A stretch of 64,000 nt of DNA from an uncultured Candidatus Saccharibacteria bacterium (GCA_964401295.1 CAYNXX010000001.1:137076-201075), one strand, 5' to 3'. Counted from the stretch's first letter, positions 30,606 to 40,209 are shown. Notes: generated from the sequence alone by a model not told the origin. Numbers and translations are program-made.

Positions 30606-31181
30606 TTACACAATCCCATACCCTTGGGAGCAAAGCTCCTTGATAACCCAGGTTTCGACTTCATCCCAATTAACGGCGCGCCAAGTGGGGCGCTGGAAGA
30701 GGGAGACCTTGCCCGCAAGCTCCTCCACAAGCTCGCTCGTTAATTCGGCGTGGACGTACTTCTCCATGCGAGGGTCCTCGTACCATAGCTCCCGGAAAAG
30801 GTTTATGAACCTTTGGTCGCACGACGAGCAGGTAACTGCGAGGAGCTTCTTCTTGCCGCTCGGCTCTACCTTCCACGACGCCCAGAAACAGTCGGACACG
30901 TTGCAGCCGCAGAGAGTGCACTTCTTGATCTTGGAGCGGTATAGATCTACCATACCTTCCAAGACAAGCTTCGTGTGACTCGTGCAGTACCAGTCTTCCT
31001 CCACTCTCCAGTCCGCCCCATCAGGACATGGCTTGTTCGGTGGAAAGGTGCGGAAACTGTCGCCGAAGAAACAGTCGAGGTATAGCTTCCTCTGTTCGGC
31101 TTCGGTCCTGCGCCGGATTATAAGTCTAAACTGCTGCCTGCATCGCTCGACCAACGGTTGAATTTCTTGCGCTGTAGTCAT
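30606..31181 (-). CDS. Cys-rich hypothetical protein
   Basis: 191 aa, CTLCG and CSSC pairs; AAAGGAGG RBS and consensus promoter; GC-richer than neighbours. Confidence 0.75.
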   Translation of the reverse strand: MTTAQEIQPLVERCRQQFRLIIRRRTEAEQRKLYLDCFFGDSFRTFPPNKPCPDGADWRVEEDWYCTSHTKLVLEGMVDLYRSKIKKCTLCGCNVSDCFWASWKVEPSGKKKLLAVTCSSCDQRFINLFRELWYEDPRMEKYVHAELTSELVEELAGKVSLFQRPTWRAVNWDEVETWVIKELCSQGYGIV

Positions 31182-31216
31182 TTATTATCACCTCCTTTGA
31201 AACGCCCTCTATTAAG

Positions 31217-31245
31217 ATTATATCATACATATTAAATTATGTCAA
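31217..31245 (-). promoter_or_regulatory. Consensus sigma70 promoter for ORF 31181
   Basis: Minus strand TTGACA - 17 nt - TATAAT. Confidence 0.85.
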
Positions 31246-31387
31246 GCAACATACCTCACAATTCTAAGCGTTACTGATGTATGTTAGCCTTAGAATTGGA
31301 ATAACTTCAGAAAGTTTTAACTCTGTAATCGCAATGGAAGTATGATAAGATGAATTAGCAGATTAAAATAATTTATCAACTAAGAAT

Positions 31388-31837
31388 ATGCCCGTCCTGG
31401 CCGAAAATAAAAAAGCCCGCTTCAACTACGAAGTACTGGAATCGTTTGAAGCCGGTATCGTTTTGAAGGGCCAAGAAGTAAAATCAATAAAATCGGGGGG
31501 TATCGCCCTTGCCGGCTCTTATGTTGTTGCCCGCGGCGGCGAAATATGGTTCGTGGGCGCTAATATTCCGCCCTACCAGCCCAAAAATACAACGGCAAAC
31601 TACGATCCCCAGCGGCCGAGAAAATTACTTTTAAAGAAAGAGGAAATAAAGTATTTATTTGGCAGATCCCAGCAGCGAGGCTTGACTTTGGTACCATTAA
31701 GGTTATATACTAAGCAGGGCAGAATAAAATTGGAATTCGGGATCGCCAGACACAAAAAGAAATTCGGAAAAAAACAAACCATTCAAAAAAGGCAGACGCA
31801 AAGAGAAATAGAAAGAGAGCTAAAAACGCGGGGATGA
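31388..31837 (+). CDS. smpB: SsrA-binding protein
   Basis: NKKARFNY, EAGIVLKGQEVKS, RKLLL. Confidence 0.97.
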   Translation: MPVLAENKKARFNYEVLESFEAGIVLKGQEVKSIKSGGIALAGSYVVARGGEIWFVGANIPPYQPKNTTANYDPQRPRKLLLKKEEIKYLFGRSQQRGLTLVPLRLYTKQGRIKLEFGIARHKKKFGKKQTIQKRQTQREIERELKTRG

Positions 31838-32173
31838 CACAGTTTCGATAGAAGAACTTTTTAAAACATGCGGGCCGAGGCCGATCAAAGCCTCGTTAAA
31901 ATTTGATCAACTAAATAAGTGCCAACTTATTTAACCAACCAGCTTACGCTTTAGCATAAGCCATTTGAAATAATAGATTCTCGATAATTATTTCGGGTGC
32001 AAACCAATCGAGATCGGCGGTTTCTTTGATCTGGAGCGCTGCCGAAAACAACAGATCAAGATGGCGGGCGTTTCGTCCGCTTTCAAGTCCGCCATTTTCC
32101 AAAGTGGACTACACTCGTAGAACTGTTTTAAAAAACATTCTAGACGCGGGGGCAGAACCCGCCATCTCCACCA
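31830..32173 (+). ncRNA. ssrA: tmRNA; tag (A)ANLFNQPAYALA* at 31921-31959
   Basis: 5' GGGGATG pairs with 3' CATCTCC-ACCA including G3:U; tag ORF ends YALA after an ATAAGT resume context; adjacent to smpB. Confidence 0.93.
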
Positions 32174-32192
32174 TCACCAAAACAATAATAAT

Positions 32193-32702
32193 TTGCCAAA
32201 CCGTCCATTAGTGAACAATCAAATAAGGGCGCGGGAAGTAAGAGTGATTGATGCCGAAGGCAAGCAATTAGGAATACTGGACATCCAAGATGCGCTACGC
32301 GTGGCACGCGAGCGCAATTTAGATTTAATACAAGTTACCGAGAATGTTGAACCGCCGGTCTGCAAAATAATGGATTACGGGAAATATCTTTATCAGGAAG
32401 AAAAGAAAAGAAAAATGGCCAAGCCCCAAAAGGGTGGCGAACTAAAAACGATACGCCTAACATTCAATATCTCGGTGCACGATCTGGAAGTGAGAGCGAA
32501 TCGGGCGGAAAAATTCCTGAAAGAAGGCAACAAAGTATTGCTTGAAATGCGGCTCCGTGGCAGAGAAAAAACTCTTCAGAACTTCGCCAAAGAAAAATTT
32601 GCCAAATTTCTTGAAATTATCGGCCGACGACTACAATATAAAATAGAAAGGGAATTAAAGGGCGAGCCAAGAGGGCTTGCGATGATAATAGCCAAACAAT
32701 AA
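32193..32702 (+). CDS. infC: Translation initiation factor IF-3 (TTG start)
   Basis: N.QIRAREVRVI, PPVCKIMDYGKY; followed by rpmI-rplT. Confidence 0.96.
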   Translation: MPNRPLVNNQIRAREVRVIDAEGKQLGILDIQDALRVARERNLDLIQVTENVEPPVCKIMDYGKYLYQEEKKRKMAKPQKGGELKTIRLTFNISVHDLEVRANRAEKFLKEGNKVLLEMRLRGREKTLQNFAKEKFAKFLEIIGRRLQYKIERELKGEPRGLAMIIAKQ

Positions 32703-32729
32703 TCCCCGCGCTGAACTAGCTTTAATACC

Positions 32730-32912
32730 ATGAAAACTAGAAAATCAATAACCAAAAGGTTCAAAATTACGAGAAGCGGCAAGGTTATGCGCCGACTTAC
32801 GGGCCAAGACCATTATTTGGCTAAAAAATCTGGGAAAAGAAGGCGCGCAAGCCGCAAATGGATAGAAATATCCAAGGCTGAGGCGAAAAAAATTAAACAG
32901 CTAATCGGTTAA
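32730..32912 (+). CDS. rpmI: 50S ribosomal protein L35
   Basis: MKTRKS..KRFKIT.SGKV; operon position. Confidence 0.93.
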   Translation: MKTRKSITKRFKITRSGKVMRRLTGQDHYLAKKSGKRRRASRKWIEISKAEAKKIKQLIG

Positions 32913-32916
32913 TACT

Positions 32917-33264
32917 ATGACTAGGGTTAAACGAGGGAAAATTGCCCATAAGCGCAGGAAACACGTGCTTCAACATGCGAAAGGTTTTCGCTGGGGCAGA
33001 AAATCAAAATATAGAGCCGCGAAAGAAGCCTTGATGCACGGCTGGACGCATGCTTTCCGCGGCAGAAAAGAAAAAAAACGCACATTCCGCAGGTTATGGA
33101 ACGTACAGATTAACGCGGCGGCGCGCGAAAACAGTTTGACGTATGGAAAATTCATTAATCTGCTCAAGAAAAACAAGATCGCGCTGGACAGAAAAGTTTT
33201 GGCCCAACTCGCCATAGAACATCCTGAAATTTTTAACAAGATCGTAGAAGTCGCCAAAAAATAA
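32917..33264 (+). CDS. rplT: 50S ribosomal protein L20
   Basis: MTRVKRG, FRRLW..QINAA, DRKVLA. Confidence 0.97.
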   Translation: MTRVKRGKIAHKRRKHVLQHAKGFRWGRKSKYRAAKEALMHGWTHAFRGRKEKKRTFRRLWNVQINAAARENSLTYGKFINLLKKNKIALDRKVLAQLAIEHPEIFNKIVEVAKK

Positions 33265-33429
33265 ATCCCGCTGGCGGCGCATCATCGAGATTTAATTTTG
33301 TGTGATTTTATGCTTTGTGGCCTGGATTAGGAATTATTATTCCACAACAAACCTGCATTTTTGTATCGCCTGCTGAATATCTGTAGGCATTATAGAACTC
33401 GGATGGCATCATAATCAAAATCTTTAACT

Positions 33430-33846
33430 TTAACGAGACAGCAAAACGTTGTTCGCCTCGGTTAAAAGCTTTTTTGCATTTTTAAATGTAAGCTGGTTTT
33501 TGGCGGCAGAATACGGTAACCACTTATAAGCAGTATGCTCAAAAGAAAGTTTTACATTCCTGTGCTTGGTCTCGGCTAAATAAAAAACAACAATTTTCAT
33601 AATCGTTTTGCGCTTGCTTCTGAAAAAGTATCTTATCTGCTTTCTGAAACCGGGTACGAATTGAAGATCTTTAATCTCCGTTTCTTCCTCTGTTTCACGC
33701 CGCACCGTATCTTTTTCACTCTCCCCCTTTTCCACATGCCCTTTAGGGAAATCCCAATGTCCGGCGCCATAGTGCAAAAGCAAGTATCTCGCCGCGTTTT
33801 TCTCTTTTTTGAAAACTATTGCTCCAGCAGATTTTTCTATCGGCAT
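33430..33846 (-). CDS. NUDIX hydrolase (Ap4A hydrolase-like)
   Basis: SAGAIVF, HWDFPKGHVE.GE....VRRETEEET, LSFEH. Confidence 0.88.
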   Translation of the reverse strand: MPIEKSAGAIVFKKEKNAARYLLLHYGAGHWDFPKGHVEKGESEKDTVRRETEEETEIKDLQFVPGFRKQIRYFFRSKRKTIMKIVVFYLAETKHRNVKLSFEHTAYKWLPYSAAKNQLTFKNAKKLLTEANNVLLSR

Positions 33847-33848
33847 AT

Positions 33849-35561
33849 TTATTTAAAATATTCAAAGATTTTTTCTATAGGCCGGGCATTGATGATATCT
33901 TTTTTCTCGGCCCAGCCGCGACGGGCCTGGGCCACGCCAAATTCCATGTAGCGCAACTGATCTTTACGATGAGTATCGGTATTGATAACCATCTTAACGC
34001 CAAGCTCTTTGGCGCGCCTTATGTTTTGATCGTTTAAGTCCAGCCGTTCTGGACATGCGTCTATCTCAAGAATTGTGCCGGTTTGTTTTGCAACTTTTAG
34101 GATTTTTTCGAAATCAATCTGATATTCGTCTCTTTTTTTAAGAATTCTGCCCGTCGGGTGGGCGATTATATCCACATTTGGATTTTTCATCGCTTTAATA
34201 ATGCGTTCTGTCATGTGCATTTTGGACATTTTCATCGTTGAATGCACACCGGCTATCGCATAATCAAGTTGGGCAAGGGTTTTATCGGAAATATCTATTG
34301 AACCATCATTCATTATATTTGCCTCGCAACCTTTTAGCACGCGGAATCCTTTTAATTTTTTATTCAGGATATCAATTCTCCCATTTCTTTTTTCCAGTTT
34401 TTTTTCATCCAATCCGTGTTCAATTTTCAAAAATTTTGTGTGATCGGAAATACCTATGTATTCATATCCGAGCGCCTGACCTGCTTTTGCCAGCTCCTCA
34501 ATCGAATTCATTCCTCCATCCCAAGAAGAATGAACATGTAAATCTCCCTTGATATCGCCGTAATCAATTAATTGCGGCAATTTTCCAGCCAATGCAGCCT
34601 CAATTTCGCCATGCTCTTCGCGGATTTCCGGCGGAATCCATGGTAAACCGATGGCTTTATAAACTTTTTCTTCCGTATTGGCAGCTACCTTTTTTTTGCC
34701 GCGGAAAACTCCGTATTCGCTGAGCTTCAAACCTTTTTCTATGGCCAATTTTCTAGTAGCAATATTATGCTCTTTGGAACCGGTAAAATACTGCAGCGCC
34801 GCGCCATAACTTTTTTCCGGCAGAACCCTTATATCCATATCAAACCCGTCTTTTGTTTTCACTGAAGACTTCGTAGCCCCCTTGCCCCATATCTTTACTA
34901 TGCCCGGCATGGAAATAAAAAAATCCATAACAGTCGCCGGATGGTCGCTGATTACCAAAAAATCAACGTCGCCGATTGTCTCTTTGCGCCGGCGCAAAGA
35001 TCCGGCAACATCCACTCTTTTAACAAATTTTAGACTTTTCAATTTTTCCTCAACCTCGCGCGCATACGGCAAAATCTCACCGAGCAAAAATCTTCCATGA
35101 CTTCTTTTTAAAAACTCTATGCCCTGCAAAATATTTTTTTCGGTTTTCTTGCCAAATCCTTCAAGCGGCGAGATTTTATGCGTCTTGGCGGCCTTTTCAA
35201 GATCTTTAAGGTTGATGATGCCAAGTTTTTGGTAAAGAATTTTTGCTTTCTTGGGACCCATGCCCTCCACGGCGATTATTTCCTCCAGATTAAGCGGCAT
35301 TCTTTTTTTAAAATGTTCGTGGTATTCTATTTTTCCGGTTTTGAGATATTCTTCTATTTTTTCTGCAATGCTTTTTCCTACTCCCGGTACGGCTTCAACC
35401 GCCCCAATCCCGCCTTTTTTATAAACACTCTCTATATTCCCTTCCAAGCCCTCAAGGGTCATAGCCGCGCGCCGATAGGCATAGGGCTTGAAGGCTACGC
35501 CGTCCATCTCAAGGTAGTCAGCGATCTCGTAAAAAATTTTGGCAAGCTCCTGATTTTTCAT
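33849..35561 (-). CDS. polX: DNA polymerase X with PHP domain
   Basis: AGSLRR.KET.GD.D, YFTGSKEHN, GDLHVHS, NTDTH. Confidence 0.95.
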   Translation of the reverse strand: MKNQELAKIFYEIADYLEMDGVAFKPYAYRRAAMTLEGLEGNIESVYKKGGIGAVEAVPGVGKSIAEKIEEYLKTGKIEYHEHFKKRMPLNLEEIIAVEGMGPKKAKILYQKLGIINLKDLEKAAKTHKISPLEGFGKKTEKNILQGIEFLKRSHGRFLLGEILPYAREVEEKLKSLKFVKRVDVAGSLRRRKETIGDVDFLVISDHPATVMDFFISMPGIVKIWGKGATKSSVKTKDGFDMDIRVLPEKSYGAALQYFTGSKEHNIATRKLAIEKGLKLSEYGVFRGKKKVAANTEEKVYKAIGLPWIPPEIREEHGEIEAALAGKLPQLIDYGDIKGDLHVHSSWDGGMNSIEELAKAGQALGYEYIGISDHTKFLKIEHGLDEKKLEKRNGRIDILNKKLKGFRVLKGCEANIMNDGSIDISDKTLAQLDYAIAGVHSTMKMSKMHMTERIIKAMKNPNVDIIAHPTGRILKKRDEYQIDFEKILKVAKQTGTILEIDACPERLDLNDQNIRRAKELGVKMVINTDTHRKDQLRYMEFGVAQARRGWAEKKDIINARPIEKIFEYFK

Positions 35562-36211
35562 AGACTAGGCCCTTTCGGCATGAGATATGCTTTATCTTTC
35601 TGGGTTTTTGGTAAAAGATCCTCGCTAATCAAGAAGCACAGAAACATGACTATTATACCGCTTGCGCTGACTATAATAAAAAGCGGCGTAAAGCCTATTG
35701 TTTTGGCAACAATTCCTCCTATTATGCCGGCGAATCCCGTGCCCATGCCGACCGCCGAACTGTCAAAACTCCAGCTTAAAGCTTCCTTTTCCTTGTCTAT
35801 ATGACGAGTAAAAATTCCCGACCAGGATGGAATAACCAATGCCATGCCAAAAGCCTGCAAAAGTTGCAAAATATATATGTGCCACGATAAATAAGAAAAG
35901 ATAAATCCTATAGGAACGATGGTAGTTAAAAACGTACCGGAAATAAGGGCATAATAATCGTCTTTCTCGCCATGATCAGCATCCAAATACTTGGCAATTG
36001 GAATTTGTAGAATTGACTTTGCCAGCCAATAAATTCCTATCGCTATGCCGACCACTTGTACATCTCCGCCCTGGATTTTATCGGCCACAAAAATTGCTAA
36101 AACCGGCATGACCAAACCCCAGCCGAAATTAAAAAACAAGTCGTAAGTTATAAGTGTTTTTATGACCCTGTTTAGAGGAATAAATTTATCTATGACAGTA
36201 TACCTGGACAT
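35558..36211 (-). CDS. Half-size MFS-like transporter
   Basis: About six TM helices, QIPIAKYLD motif; start placed at MSRYT. Confidence 0.75.
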   Translation of the reverse strand: MSRYTVIDKFIPLNRVIKTLITYDLFFNFGWGLVMPVLAIFVADKIQGGDVQVVGIAIGIYWLAKSILQIPIAKYLDADHGEKDDYYALISGTFLTTIVPIGFIFSYLSWHIYILQLLQAFGMALVIPSWSGIFTRHIDKEKEALSWSFDSSAVGMGTGFAGIIGGIVAKTIGFTPLFIIVSASGIIVMFLCFLISEDLLPKTQKDKAYLMPKGPSL

Positions 36212-36320
36212 ATTAATCCATTTTAAAATTACTGCGAAGATAATCAAGCGCATGCACTTGATTGTTTGAGATAAAAGATGTAGTATTGACCGTAGCTCTC
36301 TTACAACTTAGGGGGATATA

Positions 36321-37607
36321 ATGAAAATTCTTTCACTGGTTTTGGACAATGGACTTACAGTATTTATGGTTCCAATGGACGGTACTAAAAAATTAAGCGC
36401 GATGTTTACTGTTAAAGCGGGCTTTAGATATGAGACCAAACGAAATGTGGGCGTCTCGCATTTCATTGAACATATGGCCTTTAAGGGCACCGGGCGCCGG
36501 CCAACGCCCATAGACATTGCGCGGGAAGCCGATAATATCGGCGGTACCATCAATGCCTCAACGGACGTTGATCTAATTTCCTACTTCCTGACTGTTCCGG
36601 CAAGACATGCGGAAGTTGCCTGCGACCTACTCGGCGATATTGTCGCGAATCCTTCCCTAAATCCTGCCGAGATTGAACTGGCAAAAGGGCCCATAAGCGA
36701 AGAAGTCATGGGATACCGCATTGATTCCTGGACAAAAATGGACCTAATAGTTCTTCCGGCGCTTCTTTTCCCCGACAAGCCGGCTGGAAGATTCGTCAGC
36801 GCAGCAGATATAGAAAAAATAGACGCGGCCACGCTACGCGCTTATATGCAAAAACACTTTTTTGGCGCAAACGCAGTCTTGTGTTTCGCAGGACAAATTC
36901 CAAATCCTGCTGCATTTTTTGAAATCATAAAATGTCCGTTCGGCGTATTCCCCGCTGGAAAAAGCAACCAGTCCGCCATGGAATTTAACGTCACAAATGG
37001 GCAAAAAGACATTCGCCTGCGCCTGCTTCGGGCAAAACCGAATGATCCGTTTTTGGTCTTGATGAAGATAAAAGCATACACGATCAACCATCCAAATAAA
37101 TGGATTATCTATGTTTTAAATGCCATTCTCGGAGGAAGCCTCAGTTCCCGGCTTTTTAGCGAACTGCGCGAGCGGCGCGGTCTATCCTACTATGCGCAGA
37201 GCCAATTTGAATACAAAGCTGGTTTTGGCATTCTTTCCATTACTGCGGACTTGGATCCAAAACGCTGGAAAGAAGGCTTGGAAATTATTTCAAGCCAGCT
37301 TAGCTTGTTACGCGATATGCCCGTGAGCGCCGAAGAACTCTCGCGAGCAAAAGAAATGCTATGGAGCGCAACAGAAATGCGACTGGAAGAACCCGAGTTT
37401 GTAGCAGAAAGTATAGCTTTCGAGTGGGGCCTTACCGGAAAGGTCAGAGAATTCACCAGAATTCGGCAAGGAATAAAATCCGTAACCGCTTCCGACATCC
37501 AACTAGCGGCACAAGAATTATTCTGCAAGGATAATATCTGTTTGGCCATTACCGGCCCTAAGCGAAACGAAAAGGAAGAGATTATCAACGTCTTTTCAAA
37601 TTTGTAA
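36321..37607 (+). CDS. Second M16-family zinc peptidase
   Basis: HFIEH, NAST, LGGSLSSRLFSELRE. Confidence 0.88.
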   Translation: MKILSLVLDNGLTVFMVPMDGTKKLSAMFTVKAGFRYETKRNVGVSHFIEHMAFKGTGRRPTPIDIAREADNIGGTINASTDVDLISYFLTVPARHAEVACDLLGDIVANPSLNPAEIELAKGPISEEVMGYRIDSWTKMDLIVLPALLFPDKPAGRFVSAADIEKIDAATLRAYMQKHFFGANAVLCFAGQIPNPAAFFEIIKCPFGVFPAGKSNQSAMEFNVTNGQKDIRLRLLRAKPNDPFLVLMKIKAYTINHPNKWIIYVLNAILGGSLSSRLFSELRERRGLSYYAQSQFEYKAGFGILSITADLDPKRWKEGLEIISSQLSLLRDMPVSAEELSRAKEMLWSATEMRLEEPEFVAESIAFEWGLTGKVREFTRIRQGIKSVTASDIQLAAQELFCKDNICLAITGPKRNEKEEIINVFSNL

Positions 37608-37611
37608 ACTC

Positions 37612-37636
37612 AAATCCCGCGCATGCGGGATTTTTT
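37612..37636 (+). terminator. Rho-independent terminator
   Basis: AAATCCCGC-GCAT-GCGGGATTT plus T run. Confidence 0.75.
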
Positions 37637-37659
37637 GCAAACCGAAAAATTAAATAATC

Positions 37660-38022
37660 TCAACAAGTTATATGAAACAATCCTATAATTTTTTCCTGCC
37701 GCCCTTCTTCCTCTAGGGAATCTTCATTTCTGATGTTAAAAGTTTTGGTGGCTTCTTCTGTTTTATCAATAAAAATTTTTATCCCCCTCGTTTGCAAAAT
37801 TTCAACAACATCCGGCATGACTTCCGCGTTTCCGTCTTCGCCCGTACCGATGACTATAACCTCGGGTTTTTGTTCAAGCGCCATTTCAATATCTTCAACG
37901 TCAATAATATGGTTCTTGGCGCGCTGCCACGGCAAAACTTCGCCTGCCCAGCGAACCTCAACATCGTAATCATAAATTTTATTGTTAATGATTATGCGGC
38001 CGTATTTATATCCATCAATCAT
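37660..38022 (-). CDS. Mth938-like (DUF498) protein
   Basis: MIDGYKYG.I.I, PEVIVIGTG, C-terminal HITC. Confidence 0.85.
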   Translation of the reverse strand: MIDGYKYGRIIINNKIYDYDVEVRWAGEVLPWQRAKNHIIDVEDIEMALEQKPEVIVIGTGEDGNAEVMPDVVEILQTRGIKIFIDKTEEATKTFNIRNEDSLEEEGRQEKIIGLFHITC

Positions 38023-38025
38023 GTT

Positions 38026-39270
38026 TTAAAATAATGATTTTTGCGATAGGGTTTGTTCTTCTTCGTCCGCGGAAATTTTTATTTTGCCGTATACGCCGTC
38101 GTAACCTGGCTCAATTGAGATCTTGCCTTCTCGGACCGCCATAATTCCTTCTGCGATTTGTGGAATAGTTGCGGAGCGCAACTGATCTACCGCGGCATCA
38201 ACCAAAATATTAAACTCGTTGCCTGCGGATTTAATTAATTTTTGGTATTCAATTTCAACCTGCTTTGATGCGATCCCGAGGCCCATTGCATCGGCAATTA
38301 TTTCTTCCAGCGGCACCAAACTTTTAAAAGGAATCGCATTGGGAGGTTGAAACCCCGCTGGTCGATCGGCTAATTCTTCAACGCGGTTTAAAACTCCGAT
38401 GGTTAGAGGCCTTTTGCATTTTGGACAAATATTTTTGTATTTCTTAGATCCTTCTGGGGCTAGGCTAATATTACAGAGGCGATGGCCATCGTAATGATAT
38501 TTTCCTTCTTCGGGGAAAAATTCAATAGTGTATAAAAATTTTGGCGAATGCTTCTCCTTTATAGCGTTGGTTATATCGGCATAGTTCAATTCGGCGTCAA
38601 ATACATTAGCTTCCCTGCCGATACGCCGAGCTGAATGGGAATCGCTATTGGAAATAAGAGTAATGTCGTCCAGCTGCGATAGACGCCAGTTCATAGCCGG
38701 ATCGGAGGAAAGACCAGTCTCAATAGCGTATATATATTTTGAATATTCATCAAAACAATCTTCAATAGAATCAAATCCGGATTTGGAACCGAAAACGCTA
38801 AACCAAGGCGTCCAAGCATGGCATGGAACAACCATGCACCGTTCATCCGCACCAAGGACTATTTTTAATGCTTCCTTGGCATCAAGTCCCAAAATTGGCC
38901 GGCCATCCGCTCTTATATTCCCCATCCAGCCAAGCTGCGTATTTATTTTTTCCGCCGCATCAAATGATGGGGCAAAGATTAATAAGTGAATCTTACGAAC
39001 TCTATCTTTTTTGGAATATATGCAGCTGATTTCAACGGTTAAAATAAAACGCGTCTCCGACGCTGAATTTTTTAGCTTAAAGAGACCTGCCTCCGCGGGC
39101 TCCAATTTTTCTTTTAATTCTTGGAGCCATTCCGGATGCGTAAAATCTCCCGTGCCGAGAACTGTTATTCCCTTTATGCGCGCCCATTTATCCAATTCTT
39201 CCGTATTCATATCCTTACTCGTCGCCCGAGAATACCTTGAATGGATATGAAAATCGGCGATAATTCTCAT
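38026..39270 (-). CDS. Endonuclease Q family protein (PHP domain + Zn)
   Basis: ADFHIHSRYSRATS, GTGDFTHP, HAWTPW, SNSDSHS, GKYHYDGHR.C, CPKC, PGYDGVYG. Confidence 0.9.
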   Translation of the reverse strand: MRIIADFHIHSRYSRATSKDMNTEELDKWARIKGITVLGTGDFTHPEWLQELKEKLEPAEAGLFKLKNSASETRFILTVEISCIYSKKDRVRKIHLLIFAPSFDAAEKINTQLGWMGNIRADGRPILGLDAKEALKIVLGADERCMVVPCHAWTPWFSVFGSKSGFDSIEDCFDEYSKYIYAIETGLSSDPAMNWRLSQLDDITLISNSDSHSARRIGREANVFDAELNYADITNAIKEKHSPKFLYTIEFFPEEGKYHYDGHRLCNISLAPEGSKKYKNICPKCKRPLTIGVLNRVEELADRPAGFQPPNAIPFKSLVPLEEIIADAMGLGIASKQVEIEYQKLIKSAGNEFNILVDAAVDQLRSATIPQIAEGIMAVREGKISIEPGYDGVYGKIKISADEEEQTLSQKSLF

Positions 39271-39614
39271 TATTTCAAAAGTTTCGTCCCAATGCCGGCT
39301 ATCTGTCCTCCGCCAATAAGCACCAATCCGGCAAATATTGACCAAGCTGTAAGGTTAAAAAATTTAATCGAGGAATCCATTGGTAAAATCTGTTTGAGTT
39401 GTTCCTGTAAAACACTTGAAACGGCCTCCTGTGTTAATTCCTGGACATTTTTAGGTTCGGATGCTGATTTTTGCGCATTTGGTGTTTTAAAGGTAAAAAT
39501 CTGCGGAGGATTTTTTTGCGCGGTGAATATTTGAAAACTTGCATAAAGCACCCAGGCAATGATTAATATTCCCGCTATGACCAAAAACCAGCCGATAATT
39601 CTTTTTATATCCAT
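39270..39614 (-). CDS. Two-TM hypothetical membrane protein
   Basis: Two hydrophobic helices; stop overlaps the endoQ start; start placed at MDIKR. Confidence 0.7.
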   Translation of the reverse strand: MDIKRIIGWFLVIAGILIIAWVLYASFQIFTAQKNPPQIFTFKTPNAQKSASEPKNVQELTQEAVSSVLQEQLKQILPMDSSIKFFNLTAWSIFAGLVLIGGGQIAGIGTKLLK

Positions 39615-39633
39615 AAACGGCCGTAGATTTCGT

Positions 39634-39756
39634 TTAAAGTTTTGGCAGAGTCGCAAGTAGCGATCCAACCGCCAAAGCCATAACGAAAAGAATGAAGAGC
39701 CAATCAAATTTGCTCATAGGCCTTGTATCTTCTGTTCTTTTAACGTCTTGCGCCAT
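39634..39756 (-). CDS. 40-aa single-TM small protein (below the ORF-track cut-off)
   Basis: MAQDVKRTEDTRPMSKFDWLFILFVMALAVGSLLATLPKL; TTGACA-18-TATTAT ends 6 nt before the ATG, consistent with a leaderless mRNA. Confidence 0.5.
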   Translation of the reverse strand: MAQDVKRTEDTRPMSKFDWLFILFVMALAVGSLLATLPKL

Positions 39757-39787
39757 TTTCTAATAATACAGAAATCGACAAGAAGAT

Positions 39788-39914
39788 GTCAACCCTTTAT
39801 GGTCCCAACGTGCTCGTTTGTATCGTAGATGCCGTAAAACAATGCGCCATTAGCGGAGCCCTTCATGGATTGTGGCATGCCAATTACCAGCCACATTAGA
39901 CGGACTCTGGTGAC
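39788..39914 (-). ncRNA. Candidate structured RNA (short 6S-like rod)
   Basis: Six nested complementary segments around a central unpaired bubble in an otherwise unexplained gap. Confidence 0.45.
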
Positions 39915-39924
39915 TAATACAAAA

Positions 39925-40209
39925 CTAATTCGTGCTAAAAACTTCGTACCTTCCAGAAACCTTTTGCCATTTAATTTCAACCTTGGAAACTTTTGCGGTT
40001 ATCGGTCCCCTTTTACACCACACAATAAATTTTTCCAGCTCGTTTTTGGGACCTTCGGCTAAAATCGTCACAGATCCATCTTGTTCATTTTTAGCCCAAC
40101 CGACAAGACCAAAAAAATCCGCTACTTTTTTCGCATTTTCGCGAAAAAATACCCCCTGAACTCGTCCATAAATTTTTATAATTGCGCATTTTTTATTTTC
40201 CGTTTCCAT
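39925..40209 (-). CDS. acyP: Acylphosphatase
   Basis: GRVQGVFFR, GWAKN..DGSV, GP..AKV. Confidence 0.93.
   Translation of the reverse strand: METENKKCAIIKIYGRVQGVFFRENAKKVADFFGLVGWAKNEQDGSVTILAEGPKNELEKFIVWCKRGPITAKVSKVEIKWQKVSGRYEVFSTN

Noticed and set aside
32166-32185. Fourth att arm after tmRNA (CACCA-TCACCAAAAC)
   Set aside because: Only 9 nt match the arm; compatible with chance.
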